From Chiloscyllium plagiosum (Eukaryota), in contig NC_057751.1 of NCBI RefSeq assembly GCF_004010195.1, positions 13,664,267 through 13,728,266 on the forward strand: a stretch of 64,000 nt of DNA, written 5' to 3'. Shown in pieces: positions 1 to 11,595 of this stretch; positions within the stretch are counted from its first letter, which is position 1, and each line of letters starts with the position of its first letter. Under the pieces are notes generated by a model. It was not told the DNA's origin, did not search any database, and saw nothing but the letters and a program-made list of their open reading frames with translations. The position numbers and the translations under genes are program-made.

Positions 1-68
1 ATTCACGCGATGGTTAAGTCTCCTGCAAATAATTTTATATTTTTCAATTTTCTTTGCGGAGCCCCTAC

Positions 69-354
69 CGATATTGCCCTCGACTGAAATCCTGGTAACT
101 GCCTGACTTTTACTGTGAATCTCAACAGGCTCCGTTCTGGAGCAAACGCGTTTCCGAGCAGCTTCAGTTCCCATCATCAGCTCAACCCGATCGCCCGGTT
201 TCCAGTGGGAGCTCACGGTGGACAGCAAGCTCCGTCCTCGGGTTCGCAAAGCGTACTGTGGGTCGGGGAATAAACACGCCACTCTGTGTAGCATCCGGCT
301 CTGCGTGAATTTCACGCTTGTCCTTATCAGGAGAGCTCTGAAGGACAAAGCCAT
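69..354 (-). CDS. DGUOK: First coding exon of a deoxynucleoside kinase, most likely mitochondrial deoxyguanosine kinase; the gene continues left of the window
   Basis: Manual translation: MALSFRALLIRTSVKFTQSRMLHRVACLFPDPQYALRTRGRSLLSTVSSHWKPGDRVELMMGTEAARKRVCSRTEPVEIHSKSQAVTRISVEGNI+G, followed by donor GTAGGG. ISVEGNI is the start of the dNK P-loop (SIEGNIAxGKST), and the phase-1 intron after EGNI matches exon 1 of DGUOK/DCK. The Arg/Leu/Ser-rich leader favours DGUOK over DCK. Region is CpG-rich; ATG context GAAATGG. Confidence 0.8.
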
Positions 355-860
355 TTCAATAGTTCTGTGCTCAGAACCCCCGCACACATCATGCTGCAGT
401 TCACGTTTCCTGTCTCAGCTCCTCAGCTTCTCCTGTCTCTCGTTCCATCACCTCGCTTCCTCTCTGCTGAAACCAACCTCCTCACATTTTGGTGAAACAG
501 TTCCGGGTTAATGCAATTGAACAACGTTGTTTTCCAGCAGCCCTTTTCCATCAAGAAGGAGGTTGGGTTATTTGCATCTCAAGAGGATTCCAGATATCCG
601 GCTGCGGATGATCTACGCGAAAACAAAACAAAATCGAATTTGATGCACAATTTATGTTTCAATTTATCGCTTCGCATCCATCTTCTTCTGCACCATCTTT
701 GAGCATTTGGTACAACCCCTCTGTGTCATCCCCAAGCGGTTTCCTGTCCTGCCCTTCGCCTTAGCCACCGTCTCTTGCTTTTCAATCCCTACTGCTAAAA
801 TGGCCTGACAGCTTGCATCAGGTTATGTTCAAGGAACGTCGGCTAATTCAGTGTCTTGAC
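355..860 (-). promoter_or_regulatory. CpG-rich 5' UTR/promoter region of the DGUOK-like gene
   Basis: Elevated CpG content relative to flanking DNA, YY1-like GCCATTTT motif (+ strand AAAATGGC at ~797-804), position immediately upstream of the ATG. Confidence 0.45.
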
Positions 861-1150
861 ATAGACTAAAGCGGGTCAGTTTTGTGCACTTAATCATTGA
901 ACGTAAGAATATGAAAAGTATCTTGCCTTGTGTGGTTGGACGCCACACCGAGTTTGGGTTCTTTTCAGACTGGTGAAGAAATTAAAGTCGTTTTCAGGTT
1001 TAGCTTTCAAAGTAACATTGTTTATTAAATATTAATACTAAACACTGCTGCCGGTGATCATCACTGGTCTGTCAGGCTCTGACTTACCATAACAATCAGT
1101 AAGAACTGATCTAACTTAATATGCTCTCAGTTCGACTCCCAGTACGCAGA

Positions 1151-1213
1151 GTTCGACTATTACCTGAAATAATGTTTTTCTCCAGTGTTCGACTATTACC
1201 TGAAATAATGTTC
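1151..1213. repeat. 36-bp tandem duplication (GTTCGACTATTACCTGAAATAATGTT...)
   Basis: Two near-identical adjacent copies starting at 1151 and 1187. Confidence 0.8.
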
Positions 1214-1457
1214 TTCTGATCCAATCGCTCTGTGATCTTAAAACTTATTGAGATGCAACTCTGTGACATCAGAAGATTGCTCCTGGGTTCCCAATCCTTA
1301 TACAAATTAAAGTATAAGATAATTCACAGGGAAGAGAAGCACTGAGCATAGTCCTCGACTTGCTGTCCTGGCCAGAAAGTGTGTTAACTGAAAGTCTGAG
1401 TTTCATATTGTGCAAGAGGCCTTCTTTCCTGGTTAACTGCATGGATCTTTGATTTCT

Positions 1458-1790
1458 TAGTTAAAAATCACACCACACCAGGTTATAGTCTAACAGGTTT
1501 ATTTGGAGGTACAAGCTTTGGGAGCGTTGCTCCTTCATCAGGTAGCTAGTGGGGCAGGATCATAAGACACAGAATTTATACTAAAAGGTCATAGTTTCAT
1601 ACATCTGATGCAATGTATTGATTGCTGTTAAGTCTTTAATCGCTTAGAATGGGGATGCAGGTTTTGATTGATAATATGTAAATTTCAGAAGTTCTTTCAA
1701 GCCACAGTTCTGAGATATCAAGATTTTTTTTAAAAAAAAGTAATATCTCAGCTCAGAAAATGCATTAAAGATGTGGGGTTAGAATCTATT
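1458..1790 (-). mobile_element. Penelope-type 3'/pLTR fragment (family C)
   Basis: Shares AAAAATCACAC...CCAGGTTATAGTC.AACAGG...GCTCCTTCATCAG with copies at ~7650, ~34070 and ~41725; contains a hammerhead-like CTGATGA-AGGAGC motif on the minus strand. Confidence 0.6.
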
Positions 1791-2409
1791 ATTTTTTTAA
1801 AAAAGTGACATTTCCACTTCAATTTCTTAGGCATGTTGTATTTAAATAACGAGCAATGCAGTAACAGGGTGGGGTGGGGAGAGAGGGTGCAGCATTGTTT
1901 GTTTATTCATTGAATATGAACATTTCTGACCTATTCCGGATTGCCAGGAGAAAAGTGGTGCTCTTGAACTGCTGGATTCTGTGTGATGAAGGAACACCCA
2001 CATTGCATTACTTATCTCACAGCTCTGATTTGGACTAAGCTGTAACAGTAATACTGGACAAGTCAGATCCCAGAGTGACCTCTGAATCGCAGCAGCATAA
2101 ATTTTATTTTTGTAATTGATTTATTGGGGTGGTCAGTCACGGAATATGTTCAAAACAGGTTGCAATGTACATTTAACAAAATAAAATCAAACATTTTGAG
2201 CATTCAAGGGGAAAAACAAAAATGTTACAAATTGTAAGAACTGTTTGAAAGGGTTTTATGACAAATATCATAAATAAAGTCAGCACAGTCTTATAAATAC
2301 TCAAACTTCAATGAAGGGTCACCCTATTTCCATAGTTTTTTGTTCAGTTCACAAAGCTGTACTTGGTTTTCTTTTGGCAACTTCTGCATGCCTTGATGTC
2401 ATTGAAATA

Positions 2410-2610
2410 ATTCTGCAGAGACCAGAAACCCATTGCCAAGTCACCCTTCATTTACACCTGGAAAGTCCCTGACAATGAGCCAGCTCCCTCAGAGACAGCT
2501 CTCAGACTAAACAGCACCTCTGACACTCCTGTTTCTGCCAGTCAGACAGACCCAATCAGGAACTCCAATTCTATGATGTCCACCTGGCTGACATCATTCC
2601 AATCACTGTC
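2410..2610 (+). mobile_element. Short (~200 bp) interspersed repeat, possibly a small solo LTR
   Basis: Similar to 14283-14498 (CCAAGTCACCCTTCATT.ACAC...CCAATCAGG.AACTC). Confidence 0.5.
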
Positions 2611-4346
2611 CCTAAGACCCTTAAACTGATAATACAGATCACTTACTCCATAACATGTATTCTATAAATGCATTTAACAGTCTTGCATGATGTCTTACTC
2701 TCAGACACTTTAAAAGTCTTTGTTTCTGGAGCTTTAATCTCCTAAACCATGAAACTTTTGCTGACTTGATTGTTTTGGAGACTGATAGGCCTTTTTCTCT
2801 GATTTAATCACTTCTCGCAGACCTGTAAACAACCCTACAAATCACATTTTATGCACACTTATTAAAAAGTGCTACTCTTAATTCACAATCCTCACCACTT
2901 TTTCCATGCTTCATTCTGTGCTGAAATCAAGTATCTTTGTATATTCACGTCCTAGCTTTGATACTTTGCATTCAATTCTGTCAGATTATATATTTATAGC
3001 TCATTGATTAGACAATCTGTCCATTTTGTCACAATACTATGTTTCGGTACAGAGCCTTTAGTTCTGATTTTTACTCAGCTTGTAATTTCTGATCTTGCTT
3101 GCTGACTGACAGACCCTTAAGTTTGAATGTTCAGTCCCTTTTGCTGCACTCTGTTGATTAACCATGTTGTAACCCTCTACTACTGCCTTGTCCTTTCCAT
3201 TTAAATTTATCACTTCTCCCCTCACATGACACCAAACTGCTAAACTTCAAAGCCTCTCCACTGCCCAAATTATACAATTCAGCGCAACACTTGTGCCAGT
3301 GAAATTCAAGTGAAGACCAAACCATAGGTACTGCTGCCACTTTCTGCAAGTATGGTAGTAGTATCCCATAAACTGAAAGATTTCTCCCACACCAATCTCT
3401 GAATGATACATTTAACTCTCTGATCTTATTTGCCCTTCACCAATTTGTGGTGATGTAAAAAAACAAAAGAAGCAGAAGGAAGACCAAGAGCATTTGGTTT
3501 CTGATGTTAGTTATAATTTGGAATGTGCAAGTTTCCAGAGGCAAAGTGAATATGCCTTTAAGGTTTTGTAAGAGAAAGAAATGTGTAAAGGAACTAGCAA
3601 GTAGAATTAAATCTAGGACACGTGTCTAAGTTATGGTATCAATAATGAAACAGTTACTCATGTTAGCAAAGTGACATCGTGAGACAGTTGTTTTGGCTGA
3701 TTTCTTCCCTAACAGGACGATAATATTGATCTTTCAAAGTGTTATGTCCATGCAAGGACAACACAAAAAAAGTTAGTATTGAAATAAGAGAACAGAAAAA
3801 ATAGACAATAGTTTATTTGCCAAGGAAATTGTATGTCACTGCAAGAGGACAGAAGATGTGGAAGGATGTTTCATCATGGTACGTGAACAAGGTATATTAC
3901 TGTAGAATGAGAAAATTGAATTTAGAGTGAGATGTGTGTCTAACTGCCATATTTGTAATGGTATTGAACATGGAACCACAGAATGGGCATTTTTGAAGTG
4001 TACTGGGTAATGACAGTGCTGAATATATGAAAAGAATACAATGAGTAGCAACTGATGTACAACCACTGAAATTATACTCAAAAGGTCGACACGAGTATTG
4101 CACTTCTCTTACCTATCAAATAACCATTGCACTTAGAAGTATATGAAACAGGTTGCAGATGGAGAAGAGTACATTCAAGGCCAATGGTGGGACATGATAT
4201 GTTAGCATTTCAGTGAAAAAAAATCTCAATTTTAGGCCAATAAAAGAATGTGGTGTAAAATTAAGTGCTGTCTTTCAACAATCCAGTTGTGATTCATCTA
4301 GTACATTTTGGGCTCATCCACTGTTTGTCTAAAAACACTGCGCAAA

Positions 4347-5007
4347 GTTTGAGAAGATTTGTAGCTCGGGTACTCATTGTTGTGGTTCTGTTCGCCGAGC
4401 TGGGAATTTGTGTTGCAGACGTTTTGTCCCCTGTCTAGGTGACATCCTCAGTGCTTGGGAGCCTCCTGTGAAGCGCTTCTGTGATCTTTCCTCCACCATT
4501 TATAGTGGTTTGAATCTGCCGCTTCCGGTGGTCAGTTCCAGCTGTCCGTTGCAGTGGTCGGTATATTGGGTCCAGGTCCATGTGCTTATTGATAGAATCT
4601 GTGGATGAATGCCATGTCTCTAGGAATTCTCTGGCTGTTCTCTGTTTGGCTTGTCCTATAATAGTAGTGTTGTCCCAGTCGAATTTGACAAGCAACATGA
4701 ATTCGACTGGGACAACACTACTATTATAGGACAAGCCAAACAGAGAACAGCCAGGGAATTCCGAGAGGCATGGCACTCATCCACAGATTCAATCAATAAG
4801 CACATCGACCTGGACCCAATATACCGACCACTGCAACGGACAGCTGTAACTGACAACCGGAAGCGGCAGATTCAAACCACTACAAATGCCGGAGGAAAGA
4901 TCACAGAAGCGCTTCACAGGAGGCTCCCAAGCACTGAGGATGTCACCTAGACAGTGGACGAAACGTCTGCAACACAAATTCTCAGCTCGGCAAACAGAAC
5001 CACAACA
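4347..5007. mobile_element. Inverted (palindromic) pair of Penelope 3' ends, Poseidon-like GIY-YIG tail plus pLTR
   Basis: About 310-bp inverted arms (4378-4685 and 4699-5007). Both translate to FDWDNTTIIGQAKQRTAREFxExWHS...DLDPIY, the C-terminus of a PLE GIY-YIG endonuclease. Hammerhead motif in each arm. Confidence 0.9.
4931..4970 (+). ncRNA. Minimal type I hammerhead ribozyme motif (Penelope pLTR)
   Basis: GCA-CTGAGGA-T-GTCACCT AGAC AGTGGAC-GAAAC-GTC-TGC: core CUGANGA/GAAA, stem II GTC..GAC, stem I GCA/TGC, GUC cleavage triplet. Confidence 0.7.
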
Positions 5008-5059
5008 TTCTATGAGCTTAAAGAAAAGGACTTCAAGTGACAACACATTATGCAGATAT

Positions 5060-7044
5060 CGGTTACAATAATGTTTTACTTTATTTAATGCTAAAGAATA
5101 CACACCTCAAGCAAAATGATCAGATTCTTACAGAATCATACTCAGGAATAACATTAACCAACAGGAAATTGCACCAATACTCATTCCGTTAAATATTTCC
5201 AAATACTTAAAAGAAAATAAATTAAAACATATACAAGACATGACCCAAATCTGCCAAAAGGATGTAATGAGGTAACAGTTTCAGGTAATCTTGGTGTTTG
5301 TTACACACGAACCTGTGTCACATCTTTAAATGACTGGATCGACTTGATTTTATTTGGGTGTCAACATGGTTAAATGAACCAAATACAGGAAGTTCAGTCT
5401 TCATGAGATGACAAAAAAAGTACATGTCTATTTTGCTTTGTTTTGTTTTCTGTATATACTCTCTCACTTTCTTATCAAATTCAGTTAATAGTGTTCAGTG
5501 TTGAATTCAATTATTTTCATCAACAAAAGGTTTACTATCTCCAGTTTTGCACGTCAAAATGGTGGTGGAACAAAAATAAAGTAAACAAGAATAAAAAAGT
5601 TATTGGGAGAACTGCAAGATCTATTTACTTTAGCAACAGCTTTTGAAGTTTAATAATTCCACAAAGAATTGGGTGGGGAAAAATAATCCAGGGCAAGAGA
5701 GCAGGTGAAGATGACAATTTGTGCTGTGAATTCACAAAGCTGACTATTAGTACATCATCTTATTCACCAAAATTGTAATGTCATCGTAGTTGAAGATTGT
5801 TGACAAATAATACTTCGAAATGAAGATGTTTCCTGCTTAATTCACTGCCCCTCAAATTAAGAGGGCCAACCAACATGAAAATCAGGAAAATGCATATTTC
5901 TCTATGAGACATTCTTCCACATCTGATCTGAAAATCAGGAAAGACGAAAGGATGTCAAACAGATGTCTAAACATATACTTTCAAGTTAAGTTTTTGTTAC
6001 AAACATTCACCATATCTTGCTTCATTTCTAAGATTATTTTGTATGGTCCTTTCTAATAGGATACCCATTCCGATACTCAAATGCTCCAGTCACAGAATAT
6101 ATAAATCGTTGAATAATTTCAGTGACTTCACAAATCATTCCCACATCGACATTAGGGACACACAATAGTTGACAATTCACTTTTTAAAACTATAACGTAC
6201 GGGTATGGTCTGGAAAATAAACCAAGATAACAGATTGAAAGATCTGGTCCAAAAAAATAGCCTTGCAGCAGTCCACTGCACTGCAGAAAATACAACGCAT
6301 CTTTCAAAGAAAATGTCAAGAGAGAATTCTGTACTGCACATAATTGTTGTTATGCAAGGACACCAGCCAACATGGTTCAGAAATGTAGCCTTTATGGCAT
6401 TTGTGCACCACTAACTATGCTGCCTCAAGATTGGAATATCAGTTTTCCTTTAGGGAGAACAACAAGATCACGTGAAAACCACATATCCTCATGATGGGGA
6501 GTAACATAAAATTAAATCCTCACCTTCGGAAATCAGAATCCTAAGTTACTGACATAATGACAACATTAAAAAAAAGGACAATGGTTTTTTGAGAGTTTGG
6601 TTGAAGGTGCTACACAGTATCACTGCACTCCATAACACTGCGTTTTCTATTCCGTATGCCAACCCTGCAATGCAAAATTAACACCACTTTGCAATTTTTC
6701 AGCTTTTATCTTGCCCCATAAACTATGTTTCCAGTTAGAATTTAATAGATTTAAATCATTTTCTTTGAGAATAAGGTAGTTGATGATAATAAACAGCATT
6801 TCTTAAAAGTCAGGAAGGCGTAAATAAATTTCACAGCAGGGCACATCAAGTATAAACCTTTGGCTCACGTCAAGAACACTGCAAGTTAACTTGGAGTTCA
6901 ACTCAAAAGCCCCTCAAGTACGGTTAACGATGTCATTTGGTTGTACTAATAACAACTTAACACACAAGGAAAAGGGAAGATTCAATTGGTAAGCAAACGG
7001 GGAGGCAAAGAGTCTTGCTGCTGCAGCAGTTGCCTTCAGAAGAG
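5060..7044 (-). other. AP3M2: Probable ~2-kb 3' UTR of AP3M2, with candidate AATAAA poly(A) signals at 5349-5354 and 5080-5085
   Basis: AT-rich stretch with no recognisable repeats directly after the stop codon; TTTATT hexamers on the + strand. Confidence 0.5.
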
Positions 7045-7145
7045 TTATGTTCGAACTTGAAATTTTCCAGCTTTTGTCATGTACTTGATGCCTTTAAATG
7101 GTTTATATTTCTCACCATACATGTCCAGTCGATTTACCTTCAAAC
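7045..7145 (-). CDS. AP3M2: AP3M2 coding exon 8 (last): LKVNRLDMYGEKYKPFKGIKYMTKAGKFQVRT*
   Basis: Acceptor TCTTGTCTCAG, TAA at 7047-7045, canonical mu3 C-terminus. Confidence 0.97.
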
Positions 7146-7614
7146 CTGAGACAAGATGGAACACAATATCAGTTAGAGGGTTTATTCCATTCAGAAGTCA
7201 ATGCCAATAAGGTATAGTCCATAGAACTAAAATTGCATTTTGTGGATCACAGTACGCAAAAATGAAAAGGGTTGCAAGAAATGAAGGGACAATCCAAAGA
7301 CTCTGGCAGTTGTAAAGTCAAGATGATCATCTGTATCTAGTTCCATATTCCAGCAGAAAACATATTTGCAGTTGCATTGTAGTCATATTGATAACGGATC
7401 AAAAATCAAAATGTCACACAGCTGTCAAATGAAATGCTGTTCTGAGATTGGTACAGCATCACACTGTACCTAGGTACCTTTGTACTTAAGGTGGCACTGC
7501 AATTGGTGACTTGGTAAACTTGCAATGCACTTGTGTGAATACATGTGACAATAAACCTAATTATAATCAAAGTGCACTTCGTTTTTCTAACCCCTCAAAC
7601 TTAAAACAGAATGA

Positions 7615-7845
7615 TGTGGAGGAGCTAGTGTTGGACTGGGGTGGACAAAGTTAAAAAATCACAACACCAGGTTATAGTCCAACAGATTTATTTGAAAGCA
7701 CTAGCTTTCAAAGCATTGCTCCTTTACCAGTGAACTGTAGAGCAGTTCTGGACAGCTGTGCCTTATGATCCTGCTTCACAGCTACCTGAAGGTGGAGCAC
7801 TCTGAAAGCTCATGTGTGAAACCTGATGTGTGAATTTCAACTTTT
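7615..7845. mobile_element. Degenerate palindromic Penelope pLTR (family C)
   Basis: GTTGGACTGGGGTGGACAAAGTTAAAAAATCACA... left arm, with a decayed inverted right arm ending GTGAATTTCAACTTT. Confidence 0.55.
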
Positions 7846-8120
7846 AAACAGAATGATTAATGCTGAAACTCACTACATGATGCCTAAAAATAGTCAACTC
7901 CCATTTTGTATCCTTGATTTGCTTCAAGACAAAACATTAGCTGCCTAAAGATACTGCACAAGTCCAAGTATTTCTTATTTATTTCTATAATACCTAACAG
8001 AGACTAAACGCAATCAAATAATTCTTTTCAGTCCATTTAAAGTTCTTGTCAAGATCCATTAAAGGTGTTTTTGGCTCTTTCCACACTCCATTGCACTCAA
8101 TTTTATCATCAGTACATACA

Positions 8121-8325
8121 CTGGAAATGTGTTGCTGGAAAAGCGCAGCAGGTCAGGCAGCATCCAGGGAACAGGAGAATCGACGTTTCGGGCATAAGCC
8201 CTGAAGGAGGGCTTATGCCCGAAAAGTCGATTCTCCTGTTCCCTGGATGCTGCCTGACCTGCTGCGCTTTTCCAGCAACACATTTCCAGCCCTGATCTCC
8301 AGCATCTGCAGACCTCACTTTCTCC
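8121..8325. mobile_element. Palindromic Penelope pLTR mini-element (family B) with 15-bp TSD
   Basis: 82-bp inverted arms (8121-8202 and 8208-8289) with 1 mismatch; flanking repeats TCATCAGTACATACA (8106-8120) and TCATCAGTATGTACA (8326-8340). Confidence 0.9.
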
Positions 8326-8344
8326 TCATCAGTATGTACAACCC

Positions 8345-8810
8345 ATTTCATGAGGTCTACTTGGATATATCACTATCTGGTATGGCAACTGTACCCATTC
8401 AAGATCGGAGACAGTTACAGAGAGTGGTGAACTTGGCCCAGACAATCACAAAAGGCCAACCTCCCATCTATAGAATCCATCTACTAGGCCTGATGTCAAG
8501 GAAAGGCCGCCAGCATTCTCAAAGATCCATCCCACCTTGGCAATGTTTTTCTACAACCTCTACCATCGGGGAGAAGGTACAGAAGCCTGAACACACACAC
8601 CAGCCAGTTTTGTAACAGTTACTACCCTGCTATTGTTAGAATATTGAATGGACACAAACTCTTAACATTCACCTGTACCTGTGTTTTTTTGTTTTTGCCG
8701 CTGTTTACCTATTACTTATCTATGCTACTTAACTCTGATCTGCCCATATTGTTCGCAAGACAAAGCTTTTCACTGTGCCTCAGGACACATGACAATCAAT
8801 TCAATTCACT
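8345..8810 (+). mobile_element. Rex1/Babar-like LINE 3' end
   Basis: Degenerate translation WYGNC..QDRRQLQRVV...KDPSH.G..LPSGRRYRS is typical of the Rex1/Babar C-terminus; TTCAA-type tail. Confidence 0.7.
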
Positions 8811-9427
8811 CATGTGAAGAAAAAGAGCATAATAATAAAATATTTCACAGTACTGTAAGCAGCAAAATTCAACAAAGCTAAAAACAATATTTTTCTTGCA
8901 AATTTTGAACAGCTGATTCTTTGCATGACTTTCTTTGGTATTCTAGTTCTACACTTGTACCTATTTCACTCAAAAAATTTAAATGTGCTTAAAGGTCAGG
9001 AAGAAGTGGGTACAATGTTCTGGGCTTTACTTTTAAGAAGCAGAATTGTCCTCTTTGGAATTCAAAATATCAGAACAATAGAGACAAATGTGCAGGTTGA
9101 AGCAGTGTATGGGAGTGTTATTTCTCCCCAGTTATGCCTCTGTTACCTCAGTGAAATGCCTGCCCATTTCCACATACAATGACTTCATTTACAATAAGCA
9201 GGGCAAAAATTCAGAAATAATGAAAATGAGAAAGCAAAACATGGTAACCACAGTCATCAAAATAAAGCACACATGGAATCAGACAGTCCTGCTCTGTAAA
9301 CAGCAGGAAAACCTCCAAGCTTACGAAAATATGCAGGTGCACAAGGGCACCCTTTACTTCCAGAGTCCATAAGTAACCACCCCAAAAGCAAGCTAAAAAT
9401 CAAGGTAATTTTTTTTGCCTTTCTTAC

Positions 9428-9572
9428 CTGAAATTGCAAGTTGCTGGATTTTGAACTGGATGTTAATATTGGGGTTCTCATCAGGCTTGGGTGTACCTGC
9501 CTGGAGACTCATGGAACCTTTCAAGCTGGGCAGCTTCTGTGGGTTAATCTTCCCGATATCCCATGACAGTAT
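9428..9572 (-). CDS. AP3M2: AP3M2 coding exon 7: ILSWDIGKINPQKLPSLKGSMSLQAGTPKPDENPNINIQFKIQQLAISG
   Basis: TTTTGCAG acceptor, GTAAG donor, 145 nt. Confidence 0.97.
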
Positions 9573-10300
9573 CTGCAAAAACGTTGACAACAAATTATTG
9601 TATTATTACAGCTTTAAAAGTACTCAAATCACAAAATTTGTCATATTGAAAACAAAACATTCACTGCATTAATGCAGAAACCAAATCTGTAAATATTTCC
9701 GAAAATGTTCCAAGTTCCCCAAAAAGCCAAGCATAGTTGGTCTGCACAGAAGGAAACAGAATGGTTACATATTTGGAAAGGTTAATGAGGAAAGGCAAGG
9801 TGAGTACAATTTTAAAGCAGGTGCAGGAACAGAGATAACCTGGGTGTAGACAAAACTTTCAAGTCGCAAGGTCATCTTGAAAATACTGGCATAAAATACC
9901 AAAATAAGGAAGCTCTGCAAAACTTTGGTAAAGCTGATTCAAACTCGTCTGGGGTTCACCATTTGCGATTCTTCCCATTATAAAGCGTTCTGTATCCATT
10001 CAGAGTAAGGCTTGGACAAGTAAGTGCCAAGTAATATTCGCACCACATAAGTGCCAGGCAACATCCATCTCCAATGAGATAATCTAACCCTTGATTTTCA
10101 GTCATTCCCATTCCTGAATCCACCATCACAACATGCTGGGGGTCACCACTGCCCAGAAACTACTGAATTAGCCACAGAAATATTGTGACTACCATAGCAC
10201 ATCACAGGCTAGGATTTCATTGGTGATTAATTGACTTCCTGCCTCCCAAAGCCGGTGCACCATCTACAAGGCATAAACCAGGATTGTAATGGAATACTGA

Positions 10301-10617
10301 TGTTATGGAGCAGGCCAGACCCTCAAAATATTTCAAGGTAGCCCAGACCTGAACTTTTCTAGCTGTTTTGAGCAGGTGTACAGTGCATATTCCAGGAGTG
10401 ATGCAGCTGGTCAAAACCCCTGGGTTTTAATCGAAACAGAATTTATGTACAGACTACTGAATAAAACAAAACAGAAGTTAACAGAATACAGAATAACTTA
10501 ACCTGTCTCGAAACCCAACAGATTATCCCAACTTCACGATGCTGTTGCAAATACTTGCAACAATCCCCGTACAGACCCCATGGCACAAAGGGTACAATCA
10601 AACACAGGGACTTACAG

Positions 10618-10650
<33 letters not shown>

Positions 10651-10840
10651 GACAGATTCAACATGGAACTCCTTCCATGTAATGGTTTCTTTTAGATTCC
10701 CAACTCACAACTGACCAGTAACTCTGAACAGCCAGGCTGCTAAAAACCAAAACCAAACCAAACCAAACCAGAGAAAAGCTGAGCTGGGAGAATTGGCCAC
10801 TCCCCTTTCATTGTAAAAGTTTTTTTTGAAAACTTCACAA
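10301..10840 (-). mobile_element. Solo LTR-like element containing (GA)n and (CCAAA)n microsatellites
   Basis: Begins TGTTATGG; reverse-complement similarity to 55870-56450 and 58103-58747. Confidence 0.65.
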
Positions 10841-11262
10841 GGACAACTTCACCTTGTTCAACGAGCAGCATCGTCACACTGTCCACTTGCCTGGATGGGT
10901 GCAGCTCGAAGAACACTCAAGAAGCTTGACACCACTTGGCAATGCAGCCAACATCATTGGGAACTCCAACATTCACCTCCTTCACCACCAAATGCACAAT
11001 GGCAGCAATATATACCACCTACAAGATGCACTGCATTAATTCACAGAGGCTCCATCAACAGCACTTTCCAAACCCCAAACTAATGCCATGTGGAAGGTGA
11101 TCCATGGGAACACCACTGGTTGCCAATTTCTTTCCAAGCAACACAATATCCTGCCAAAGATCCTGATGGGGTTTGAAAGTAGTCATACCAGACTTGAAAC
11201 ATTTAACTCTATTTCTTTCTTCACAGATGTTGACAGACCTGCTGAGTTTCTCCAGTACTCTT

Positions 11263-11595
11263 GAGGTGGCACGGCGGCTCAGTGGTTAGTGCTGCTGCCT
11301 CATTGCACCAGGACCCAGATTCGATTCCAGCCTTGGGCGACCGTCTGTGTGGACTTTGCACATTCTCCTTATGTCTGTGTGGGTTTCCTCCCACAGTCTG
11401 ATGATGTGCAGCTGAGGTGAATTGACCATGCTAAATTGCCCACTGTGTTGAGGGATGTAAAGGCTAGATGCATTAGTCAGGAGAAATGTAGAGTAATAGG
11501 GTAGGGGAATGGGTCTAGGTGGGTTACTCTGAGGGTCGGTGTGGACTTGTTGGGCCAAATGGCCTGTTTCAACACTGTAGGGATTCTAAGATTCT
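11263..11595 (+). mobile_element. HE1-type (V-SINE) tRNA-derived SINE
   Basis: A box GGCTCAGTGGTTAG, B box GATTCGATTCC, V-domain TGTGTGGA.TTTGCACATTCTCC, CR1-derived 3' end GGCCTGTTTC. Confidence 0.9.

Noticed and set aside
218..702. + strand ORFs of 97 and 63 aa
   Set aside because: Antisense shadows of the DGUOK-like exon and promoter, with no recognisable protein
11263..11340. tRNA-like A/B box sequences (also ~43945 and ~46020-46080)
   Set aside because: Heads of HE1-type SINEs continuing into the V-domain and LINE-derived tail, not tRNA genes
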